This document shows positions 1 to 7,513 of a DNA stretch of 64,000 bases, in pieces (position 1 is the first letter of the stretch; each line of letters starts with the position of its first letter). The notes under the pieces are model-generated. The model saw nothing but the letters and a program-made list of their open reading frames with translations, was not told the DNA's origin and ran no database searches. The DNA comes from Verrucomicrobiota bacterium (GTDB lineage: Bacteria > Verrucomicrobiota > Verrucomicrobiia > Limisphaerales > AAA164-E04): NCBI GenBank assembly GCA_047947115.1, contig CP170459.1, positions 1,952,001-2,016,000 on the forward strand. Reading direction: 5' to 3'. The position numbers were made by a program, and so were the translations under genes.

Positions 1-2
1 GC

Positions 3-506
3 AGCGCCGGGACGACCTATGATGCCTTCCGGTTGATTCATGATGCACAAAAATACGGTGCGCGCGTGGCATTGTATGGAAGAAAGATCAACCAGGCCGA
101 GCATCAATTGGCCTTCATTGAGATGTTGCGCTTGATCACGGAAGGAGTGATCGAACCTAAGGAAGCCGTGCATGCCTACCACGGTGTGCTGCAGGCCAAA
201 GGCATCAAAGCCCATCGATCGCTTGATCGCGATCTGCAACTCACAGAGCAAGCGATGAGCTACGATGAAACCAACAAGTCGAAATCGACCGTGGTGGTTT
301 CGGGGGGTGTGCCCAAATCTGAGAAGGGAGCTGAGGTGAAGGGGAGTCCGGACGTCTTACAGCCGCGCAGTCCCGCCACTGCGGGATCCCGACCAACGGA
401 ATCTGCTTGGCCGGTCAAGTCTGATGGGAAACCTGATTTTGCCGCAATGGATTCCGCTCAACGCCGAGCCTATGATCGTGCTCGCTTAAAGCGTATGTTC
501 GGGTAG
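3..506 (+). CDS. 3' part of a putative class I aldolase-like (TIM-barrel) protein, truncated by the window start
   Basis: Frame is open from position 3 (SAGTTYDAFRLIHDAQKYGARVALYGRKIN). The 'GA..ALYGRKI' segment resembles the final phosphate-binding strand of class I aldolases. It is followed by a low-complexity linker and the tail PDFAAMDSAQRRAYDRARLKRMFG. Confidence 0.55.
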   Translation, partial: SAGTTYDAFRLIHDAQKYGARVALYGRKINQAEHQLAFIEMLRLITEGVIEPKEAVHAYHGVLQAKGIKAHRSLDRDLQLTEQAMSYDETNKSKSTVVVSGGVPKSEKGAEVKGSPDVLQPRSPATAGSRPTESAWPVKSDGKPDFAAMDSAQRRAYDRARLKRMFG

Positions 507-523
507 TTGGATTGGGGGCTTTT

Positions 524-580
524 TTATTCTCACGCCTGTCCCGCGAGCGGGACTCGAGACGCGGGGGCGCTGAGGTTTTT
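524..580 (+). repeat. Dispersed REP-like element, copy A, with an internal perfect hairpin
   Basis: TTATTCTCACGCC-tgtcccgcgagcggga-CTcGaGACGCgggGGCGCtgagGTTTTT aligns with the element at 12972-13019. It contains the palindrome GTCCCGC-GA-GCGGGAC. Confidence 0.55.
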
Positions 581-718
581 ATCTTATTGTTTTCTGCACT
601 ACTTTTTCTTGGCGGGAAGAGCGGGTGATCGACCGTTGTTCTGAATAACCTTCCGTAAATGATGACCAGGAGTGTGGGGACATGGTCAAAAGGGAATAAA
701 AAAGGTGCTGGGCGCTTC

Positions 719-1198
719 ATGTATGAAACTTGGGCTAAAGTGATGATTACGCGTCTAAGGTTCTTTCTCGTGTTTTCCGCCATTGTCTGGGGTGTGGCCG
801 TAGTGGGCGTATTCGTCCCATGGTCGAATGCTTCAACCATGTTGCAGGGTTTGGGAGCACGACCTATTGCATACGATCCAATGCTCGATTATTGGCTCAG
901 GATGGCCGCGAGTGCATTCACTTTCATCGGTGGATTATTTGCTGTGGCGGCCATTCGGCCCGAAAAATATCAATCAATGATTCCATGGCTTGGGATGATC
1001 ATGATCATCGAAGCACTCATCCTATTGACGCATGGATTACGGTTGGGATTGCCTTTGTTGCCATTTTGCGCAGATGTGACTGCATGCTTTGTGGGGGGGG
1101 AGGGATACTCTGGAATTCGAAAAGCACAGAACAATGTCGCCAATAAGCAACCGAGACAAATCGCCATACATGATCTTGCGAAATCTGTGATTGTTTGA
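719..1198 (+). CDS. Small integral membrane protein (about 4 TM); 3' end probably frameshifted at a G8 tract
   Basis: Several hydrophobic segments. The start is uncertain (659, 719 or 743). G8 run at 1093-1100; the alternative frame gives ...GGGGILWNSKSTEQCRQ* (stop at 1146). Confidence 0.6.
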   Translation: MYETWAKVMITRLRFFLVFSAIVWGVAVVGVFVPWSNASTMLQGLGARPIAYDPMLDYWLRMAASAFTFIGGLFAVAAIRPEKYQSMIPWLGMIMIIEALILLTHGLRLGLPLLPFCADVTACFVGGEGYSGIRKAQNNVANKQPRQIAIHDLAKSVIV

Positions 1199-1209
1199 TT
1201 TTCTTGTTC

Positions 1210-1629
1210 ATGAAAACTAAAACGAAATTCCAACCTGGATTCCGGATTTCTGCCATGGATGTGGGCATCTTGGTTGCGGGTGTGATGGGTGCTTCGATTG
1301 TCTGGTCTTCAAGCGTTCTTTGGGCATTGATTATCCTGTTTGTGGTCGCTCATTTCTTCATGTTTTGTAATATTTTCAGAATCCCGCGTCGTCCGGAATT
1401 GATATGGGCGGGTACTTTCATATCCCTTTCATTCATGACAATTGTTTTTGAATTGCCAGGGTGGTTGATCACTGCAGGAACTTCTTTTGGATTGGCTGCC
1501 ATCTTGATTCGACAATCCATGAGAAGGCCTGATTACTACGGGGTGGCTTGGCAAAAAATAAATCCCGGATTGCGCGATTGGTGGGAAGAGCGGGGGACAC
1601 TAAAGAAGCCTGAAGATACCCACGGATAG
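1210..1629 (+). CDS. Hypothetical membrane protein (about 4 TM)
   Basis: Hydrophobic ORF with motifs HFFMFCNIFRI.R.PEL.W and YYGVAWQKINPGLRDWW; ATG at 1210. Confidence 0.75.
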   Translation: MKTKTKFQPGFRISAMDVGILVAGVMGASIVWSSSVLWALIILFVVAHFFMFCNIFRIPRRPELIWAGTFISLSFMTIVFELPGWLITAGTSFGLAAILIRQSMRRPDYYGVAWQKINPGLRDWWEERGTLKKPEDTHG

Positions 1630-1735
1630 ATCCTTCATGAGGGAGGAGAAAGGGTAGGTTGTTTTCCGAAGGTTTCCATAGGGTATCGAGCTATCACATT
1701 TCAAACGGACTTTTGTGGTATCTGATGAAGTGTGA

Positions 1736-1921
1736 TTGAATCAGCCCATCACTTTGACAAAACCATCGACAATTCAGGTGTTGTCGGTCAGTCAAACAGG
1801 GCGTTACCGGTTACGGACCGCCACTGTGGATACTGTGGGGCGAACGACTGTTCGTCGGTTGGATTTTGAGGTGGATTCGCCGCTTGGGGACGGGGGGCAA
1901 TGGTTAGCCCGATCCGGCTGA
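1736..1921 (+). pseudogene. Possible gene remnant (C-terminal beta-rich fragment)
   Basis: GRYRLRTATVDTVGRTTVRRLDFEV resembles the end of an Ig-like domain; weak TTG start immediately after an in-frame stop. Confidence 0.25.
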
Positions 1922-1944
1922 TTTGGCCGATGGGTCGGATCGTT

Positions 1945-3336
1945 TTATGGTTTGCCGAGCAACCTTTTCATCGCAGGGAGCAGCGCATCCTCGACCTCTG
2001 GTGCGACCTTGGAAGCTCGGGGGCTGTCCTCGTAGCCGCCTTGGCCGTATTGATCCTTGGTGCAGATGTAGCCCATGGCGTATTCACCGTAGGCGGCCAT
2101 GGCCACAAAACGATCAGGTTGCATGGCCTGGGCTTTGAGTTGGTATTCCACTGCAAGCTCTCCGGGCATAAACAGCACGCTGGCGTCGTTTAAAGTCAGG
2201 CAGTGGATGTCCAGTTGCTCTCCAGCTTTGCAACGTCGCAGCCAGATCAGGTCTTTCGCGACATAGGTCAGTTGTTGCGGATCGGCGGTTGGGTCTTTTA
2301 GTCGGTTCAACAGTTCCGTCTCATTCAGATGTTTTGCCACGGGGAGTGCGACTTTTTGGCTGTTCCATTGAAGGTCGCTGGCTTTGACGGGGGTTTTGAC
2401 GGTTTCAGTCAGAGCCTTGGACATGCCTGCTGCAAGCCGGACAGCCAATACTTGGCGGTTCTCGGGGGATCCGTCGTTGTATTTGCCCGCTCCCACATTC
2501 CCGCCAGCTCCGGTAAAGTGCACATGTGGGATGCCATTGAGGGTTGTTTCCCGGAGGTAACGCGCCATGCCCGGGAAATCGGGATGTGCGATGCCAGTGA
2601 GGTAATAACTTTGGGGGTGGGTGGCATACCAAGTGAGGACGACCACCGGCTTGTCTTCGTTCCAGAAGCTCATGCTTTTCACCATCGGGTCGATGGTTCC
2701 CTCCGGTTCGGCTCGTAAGGCCGGATCTTTGCAGGCGGTGTACCGGACCGCCTTGACTTTACCATCGGGGCCCATGATGCGGCGTGTCGAGGCGACTTTT
2801 TCCACACGCGCCTGGCCTAGTCCCAGGTGGGTGATTTTCTGGGCGTTTGATGCTGCTTCGGCAGCCGCTTTTGCCGTTCGGAGAATGGTTTGGCGTGCAA
2901 AGGTGGCGTCGAACATGATGCCAGCCAGATCTTGCTCTGCCATCATGCTTTCCACACTGAAATCACATCGGGGGGCGTCGTGTTGGTGAAGGGTGTGGAC
3001 GGTGACCCGGTCCGGGGTGGTGTTGACTGCTTCAGCCAACGCTTTGCGCCATTCCTTTTGGCCGTCGTTGCTGATACCGATCCAATCCACCGCACATAAG
3101 ACGACGGGTGCGTCATTGCCCAACAACACGATGCCGCGAGCCGTCAACGGCATACCGATGGCATCGCAATTGGTGTAAGCGAGCGGGGTGTCAAGGGGAG
3201 GAGTCGCATCCACCACGAACACGCCGACGCGCAGTGGGGTATCCTGGGAATGGATCTGAACAAATCCAATCCATCCGAAGATCAGACCTAATAATAGCCG
3301 AAACACGCTGCAATGTGGGGTCATGGGCGACATCAT
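1945..3336 (-). CDS. Secreted hypothetical hydrolase, neutral/alkaline ceramidase-like family
   Basis: Signal-peptide-like N-terminus. Motifs VDATPP, HTLHQHDAP, YATHPQSYY, GAGGNVGAGKYNDG, PGELAVEYQL, AYGEYAMGYI. Start chosen at ATG 3336 (3324 also possible). Confidence 0.7.
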   Translation of the reverse strand: MMSPMTPHCSVFRLLLGLIFGWIGFVQIHSQDTPLRVGVFVVDATPPLDTPLAYTNCDAIGMPLTARGIVLLGNDAPVVLCAVDWIGISNDGQKEWRKALAEAVNTTPDRVTVHTLHQHDAPRCDFSVESMMAEQDLAGIMFDATFARQTILRTAKAAAEAASNAQKITHLGLGQARVEKVASTRRIMGPDGKVKAVRYTACKDPALRAEPEGTIDPMVKSMSFWNEDKPVVVLTWYATHPQSYYLTGIAHPDFPGMARYLRETTLNGIPHVHFTGAGGNVGAGKYNDGSPENRQVLAVRLAAGMSKALTETVKTPVKASDLQWNSQKVALPVAKHLNETELLNRLKDPTADPQQLTYVAKDLIWLRRCKAGEQLDIHCLTLNDASVLFMPGELAVEYQLKAQAMQPDRFVAMAAYGEYAMGYICTKDQYGQGGYEDSPRASKVAPEVEDALLPAMKRLLGKP

Positions 3337-3539
3337 GAATGAAATGGATTGCGTCCGCAAACATTTCGTTGAAGAGAACTCATCGGACATTCCTGGCCTG
3401 CTACGCTTTGGCAAGCGCGGCGATTTCTTCTATGATGCCATCCTGGAAATCCTCGAAATCCTGCCTAAAAAACATGCTTCCAGACTCGACCAAAGCCATT
3501 TGTTCGCTCTAATCTTCTTTTTTGGATCTTATTTGAATT

Positions 3540-4649
3540 ATGACCGATCCCAGATATCGAAAATTGGCTAAGTTGTTGGTAGGGTATTCAACCGAAATCA
3601 AGAAGGGCGAAACGGCGCTTCTGGACATGATTGACGTGCCCGACGAGTTCACTGTGGAGCTGGCGCGCGAGGTGCGTGATGCAGGAGCGGTTCCTTTGAT
3701 CGAAACCCGCCACACCCGGGTGACGCGTGAGCTTCTGAAGGGTATGACCGAGCGTCAGGCCGTGATGGTTCGTGACCTGGAGATGGCCCGTATGCGCAAG
3801 GTGCAGAGTTACATCGCCATTCGTGGCGCGGCCAATACGAGTGAGAACTCTGATGTGCCCAGTGACAAGATGTCTTTGTATTCGCGGACCATGCGTCCTG
3901 TCTTGAACTATCGTGTGAACAAAACCCGGTGGTGTGTCTTGCGTTGGCCGACTCCGAGCATGGCGCAGGCCGCCAATATGAGCACGGAAGCGTTTGAGGA
4001 CTTTTATTTTGATGTCTGCACGCTGGATTACCGCAAGATGGGCAAGGCCATGCAGCCTCTCGAGAAATTGATGGCCAAGACGGACAAGGTGCATTTGAAG
4101 GGGCCCGGGACGGACCTGACATTCAGCATCAAGGGGATCGGGGCCAAGGCGTGCAAGGGCGACCGAAACATTCCAGATGGTGAGGTGTTTTCCTGCCCGC
4201 TCAAGCATTCGGTCAACGGGGTGATTCAATACAACACGCCGACCGTTTATGCCGGATCACGGTTTGAAAATGTTCGGTTGGAGTTGGAAAACGGCAAAAT
4301 TGTCAAAGCCACCTGCAACGACACGAAACGCATCAACCAAATCTTCGACACCGATCCCGGTGCTCGATACATCGGGGAGTTCAGCTTGGGGTTGAACCCC
4401 AAGATTCTCAACCCGATGAACGATATTCTGTTTGATGAAAAAATTGCAGGCTCCCTGCATTTTACCCCAGGGCAGGCCTATGAGGATTGTGGGAATGGCA
4501 ACAAATCAGCCGTGCACTGGGACATGGTCTTGATTCAACGTCCGGAATGGGGCGGTGGCGAGGTGTGGTTCGACGGTAAATTGATCCGCAAGGATGGTTT
4601 GTTCGTGCCCAAGAACCTTCAGAAGTTGAACCCCAAGAACCTTGCTTAG
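3540..4649 (+). CDS. Aminopeptidase, M29 (AmpS/PepS-like) family
   Basis: Motifs NIPDGEVFSCP, ARYIGEFSLG, ILFDEKIAGSLHFTPGQAY, NKSAVHWDMV. Confidence 0.92.
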   Translation: MTDPRYRKLAKLLVGYSTEIKKGETALLDMIDVPDEFTVELAREVRDAGAVPLIETRHTRVTRELLKGMTERQAVMVRDLEMARMRKVQSYIAIRGAANTSENSDVPSDKMSLYSRTMRPVLNYRVNKTRWCVLRWPTPSMAQAANMSTEAFEDFYFDVCTLDYRKMGKAMQPLEKLMAKTDKVHLKGPGTDLTFSIKGIGAKACKGDRNIPDGEVFSCPLKHSVNGVIQYNTPTVYAGSRFENVRLELENGKIVKATCNDTKRINQIFDTDPGARYIGEFSLGLNPKILNPMNDILFDEKIAGSLHFTPGQAYEDCGNGNKSAVHWDMVLIQRPEWGGGEVWFDGKLIRKDGLFVPKNLQKLNPKNLA

Positions 4650-4654
4650 TTGAT

Positions 4655-5260
4655 ATGTCTCAGAACTTGGTGACTTTGGATCTGGAAGGTGTCTTGGTGC
4701 CGGAGGTGTGGATCGCATTCGCGGAGAAGACCGGCATCGAGGGGCTCAAGAAAACGACGCGTGATATTCCCGATTATGACGAACTGATGACCGGGCGCTT
4801 GAAGCTCCTTGAGGAGAACGGCCTGACCTTGTCGATGATTCAGGATGTGATCGGTACCCTGGAGCCGCTCCCTGGCGCTCGCGAATTTCTGGATACGTTG
4901 CGTGAAAAAACACAAGTGATCATTCTTTCCGACACATTCGAGGAGTTCGCACAGCCACTGATGCGTCAGTTGGGGTGGCCGACGATTTTTTGTCATCGCT
5001 TGGAAGTGGAGAATGATCGCATTGTGAATTACTGCCTGCGTCAGCCCGACCAGAAACGTAAATCGGTGGCTGCTTTCAAAAGCCTGAACTACCACGTGAT
5101 TGCATCCGGGGATTCTTATAACGACACCACCATGTTGAGTGAGGCCCATCATGGTATTCTGTTTTGTGCTCCGGACAATGTGAAAGCGGAGTTTCCTCAG
5201 TTCCCCGCCGTGGAGACGTATGATGATCTGATGAGCAAGATCACGGAACGATTGCAATAG
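4655..5260 (+). CDS. thrH: Bifunctional phosphoserine phosphatase / homoserine phosphotransferase ThrH
   Basis: HAD motif LDLEGVLVPEVW, plus TTRDIPDYDELM, ILSDTF, GDSYNDTTML; 201 aa. Confidence 0.95.
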   Translation: MSQNLVTLDLEGVLVPEVWIAFAEKTGIEGLKKTTRDIPDYDELMTGRLKLLEENGLTLSMIQDVIGTLEPLPGAREFLDTLREKTQVIILSDTFEEFAQPLMRQLGWPTIFCHRLEVENDRIVNYCLRQPDQKRKSVAAFKSLNYHVIASGDSYNDTTMLSEAHHGILFCAPDNVKAEFPQFPAVETYDDLMSKITERLQ

Positions 5261-5329
5261 ATAACAAAAAGAAGTCCTCTTGAACGCCGCCCCCACCACA
5301 GCATTCAAGAAAAACGTATTTTAACGAAC

Positions 5330-7171
5330 ATGGAAGACGCGAAAAAGCCCATCCAACGCAAAACACTGGATGAACGTAATCAAATGACCGACCTGGAGAG
5401 GTTGCGTCATTCATGCGCGCACATCATGGCGACGGCCGTGTTGCGCCTCTGGCCTGATGCCAAGCTGGATATTGGCCCGCCTACGGACGAAGGATTTTAT
5501 TATGACTTCGACCTGGACGGCCACCGGTTCAGTCCGGATGACTTCGAGAACATCGAGGCCGAGATGAAGAAAGTGGTCAAGGAGAACCAGGTGTTTGAGC
5601 GACAGACCAAAACTCGTGAGGAAGCGCGTGCTTTTTTTCAGGAACGCGGGCAGAGTTTCAAAGTCGAACGTCTGGCGGATATTCCCGAGGGTGAGGAAAT
5701 CTCATTCTACCAAAACGGTGAGTTCATCGACCTCTGCGCCGGGCCACATGTGATGCGCACCGGCAATGTCAAAGCCTACAAGTTGCTTCGCGTCGCCGCC
5801 ACGTATTATCGCGGCAACGAGAAGAACCCTCAGCTCCAGCGTATATACGGAACGGCCTTCCCCAATAAGACGCAGCTTGAAGAATGGCTGACCGCTCAGG
5901 AGGAGGCTCGCAAACGGGATCATCGCCGCATCGGAAAAGCGATGCAGTTGTTTACCTTTGATGATGATGTGGGGCCTGGTTTGCCGTTGTGGATGCCCAA
6001 GGGATCCATTCTGATCGAAGAGTTGGAAAAACTGGCCAAAGAAACCGAATTTGAAGCCGGTTACCAACGTGTTCGCACGCCGCATTTGGCGAAGGAGTCC
6101 ATGTATCTGACGTCCGGACATCTGCCCTATTACGCAGAGAGTATGTTCCCTCCCATGGAGCTTTCTGAAGACGGTCATGGAGGTGATTGTGAAGGCAAGG
6201 GGCAGGTGAAAGAACGGTATTACCTGAAGGCAATGAACTGCCCGCACCATCATAAAATCTTCGCGGCCGCTCCGCGGAGTTACAAGGAGTTGCCTTTGCG
6301 GTTGGCCGAATACGGCACCTGCTATCGCTATGAGCAGTCCGGTGAATTGATGGGATTGATGCGTGTGCGGTCCATGCAGATGAATGATGCACATATTTAC
6401 TGTATGCCGGATCAGTTTGCCGAAGAGTTCAAGGCGGTGAATGAAATGTATTTGAAGTATTTCAAAATATTCGGATTCGAGAAATACCAGATGCGCTTCA
6501 GTACCCACGATCCCGCGCGTCTTGGTGAGAAGTTTGTCGATGAACCCGAGTTGTGGAAGAAGACCGAAGACATGGTGCGTCAGGTCTTGATCGATTCGGG
6601 GATCGATTATGTGGAAATTCCCAACGAAGCGGCATTCTACGGTCCCAAGATTGATGTACAGGTTTACTCCATTTCCGGACGTGAATTCACTATCGCAACG
6701 AACCAGGTGGACTTTGCTGTTCCTTCGAAATTTGGATTGAAATACCGTACCGCCGACAATCAATTCGAAACACCGTTGTGCATTCATCGAGCACCACTTG
6801 GAACGCATGAGCGCTTTCTCGCGTTTCTGATCGAGCACTATGCCGGTAACTTTCCGCTTTGGTTGGCTCCGGAGCAGATCCGGATTCTTCCGCTGACCGA
6901 TGAGCAAATGGATTATGCCAAAGGCATTGAAGCAGAATTGCGCCAGCACGGGGTGCGTGCGGAACTGGAGTTCAGTCACGACAAGCTACCCGGACGCATC
7001 CTTCGCGCCGAAGAAGCCAAGGTCCACACGATGTTGGTTGTTGGCGGACGCGAGCAGGAGGCGAATTCGGTGGCCGTTCGATTGCACGGCAAGGGCAGGG
7101 GAGAGGTTCGTCCTCGCGATGAAGCGATTGCCGATATTCTTGAGCGCATCCGAACGCGTTCCGGCGATTGA
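5330..7171 (+). CDS. thrS: Threonine--tRNA ligase
   Basis: Editing domain RHSCAH and DLCAGPH; RDHRRIG, KAMNCPHH, YRYEQSG, AAFYGPKID, GTHERF; C-terminal anticodon-binding domain. No N-terminal TGS domain. Confidence 0.98.
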   Translation: MEDAKKPIQRKTLDERNQMTDLERLRHSCAHIMATAVLRLWPDAKLDIGPPTDEGFYYDFDLDGHRFSPDDFENIEAEMKKVVKENQVFERQTKTREEARAFFQERGQSFKVERLADIPEGEEISFYQNGEFIDLCAGPHVMRTGNVKAYKLLRVAATYYRGNEKNPQLQRIYGTAFPNKTQLEEWLTAQEEARKRDHRRIGKAMQLFTFDDDVGPGLPLWMPKGSILIEELEKLAKETEFEAGYQRVRTPHLAKESMYLTSGHLPYYAESMFPPMELSEDGHGGDCEGKGQVKERYYLKAMNCPHHHKIFAAAPRSYKELPLRLAEYGTCYRYEQSGELMGLMRVRSMQMNDAHIYCMPDQFAEEFKAVNEMYLKYFKIFGFEKYQMRFSTHDPARLGEKFVDEPELWKKTEDMVRQVLIDSGIDYVEIPNEAAFYGPKIDVQVYSISGREFTIATNQVDFAVPSKFGLKYRTADNQFETPLCIHRAPLGTHERFLAFLIEHYAGNFPLWLAPEQIRILPLTDEQMDYAKGIEAELRQHGVRAELEFSHDKLPGRILRAEEAKVHTMLVVGGREQEANSVAVRLHGKGRGEVRPRDEAIADILERIRTRSGD

Positions 7172-7197
7172 CGAAGTAATCTCACTCGATTTTCGCT

Positions 7198-7231
7198 ACG
7201 GCCACTTCAGTTTTCTGGGGTGGCCGTTTTT
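7198..7231 (+). terminator. Rho-independent terminator after thrS
   Basis: ACGGCCACTTCAG-TTTT-CTGGGGTGGCCGT followed by a T run. Confidence 0.8.
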
Positions 7232-7360
7232 GCAAGGTAGATCGGATCATCTTGATCCGCCACCGCTAGCGACAGCTGCGCGGACTGAGGTGTGACGTGA
7301 ATTGCAGGGGTTTCCTTCGGGTAGCAGTCGTGGTATGGGAGCCATAAGGATTGCTTGTCG

Positions 7361-7411
7361 AGTCGACCCATGTTGTGAGCCTAAAGTGTTACCTATGTCC
7401 TGACCTCACCC
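7361..7411. mobile_element. Possible IS481-family-like terminal repeat remnant; no transposase present
   Basis: Two tandem sub-repeats, ACCCATGTTGTGAGCCT (7366) and ACCTATGTCCTGACCT (7391), joined by AAAGTGTT. From memory these resemble TGTTACCYATGT-type IS481 ends. Confidence 0.35.
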
Positions 7412-7444
7412 ACCATTTACTATTCTAAATTCACCATTTCTTCA

Positions 7445-7513
7445 GGGTGCCACATTCTGGCGAATGCGGCTACTTTTGGTTTTGGGTGCCACATTCTGGC
7501 GAATGCGGCTACT
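7445..7513 (-). repeat. Tandem pair of identical 30-bp GTAG-type REP elements
   Basis: GGGTGCCACATTCTGGCGAATGCGGCTACT occurs at 7445-7474 and 7484-7513 with a 9-bp spacer. On the minus strand it reads GTAG-CCGCATTC-GCCA-GAATGTGG (GTAG plus hairpin). Confidence 0.85.

Noticed and set aside
1910..1946. Hairpin CGATCCGGC...GTCGGATCG-TTTT as a terminator
   Set aside because: The loop is large and the U tract is on the strand of a doubtful gene remnant; not confident enough to call.
7445..7513. Possible CRISPR mini-array (two 30-bp direct repeats)
   Set aside because: The spacer is only 9 bp, there are two units and no cas genes; the GTAG plus hairpin structure fits a REP.
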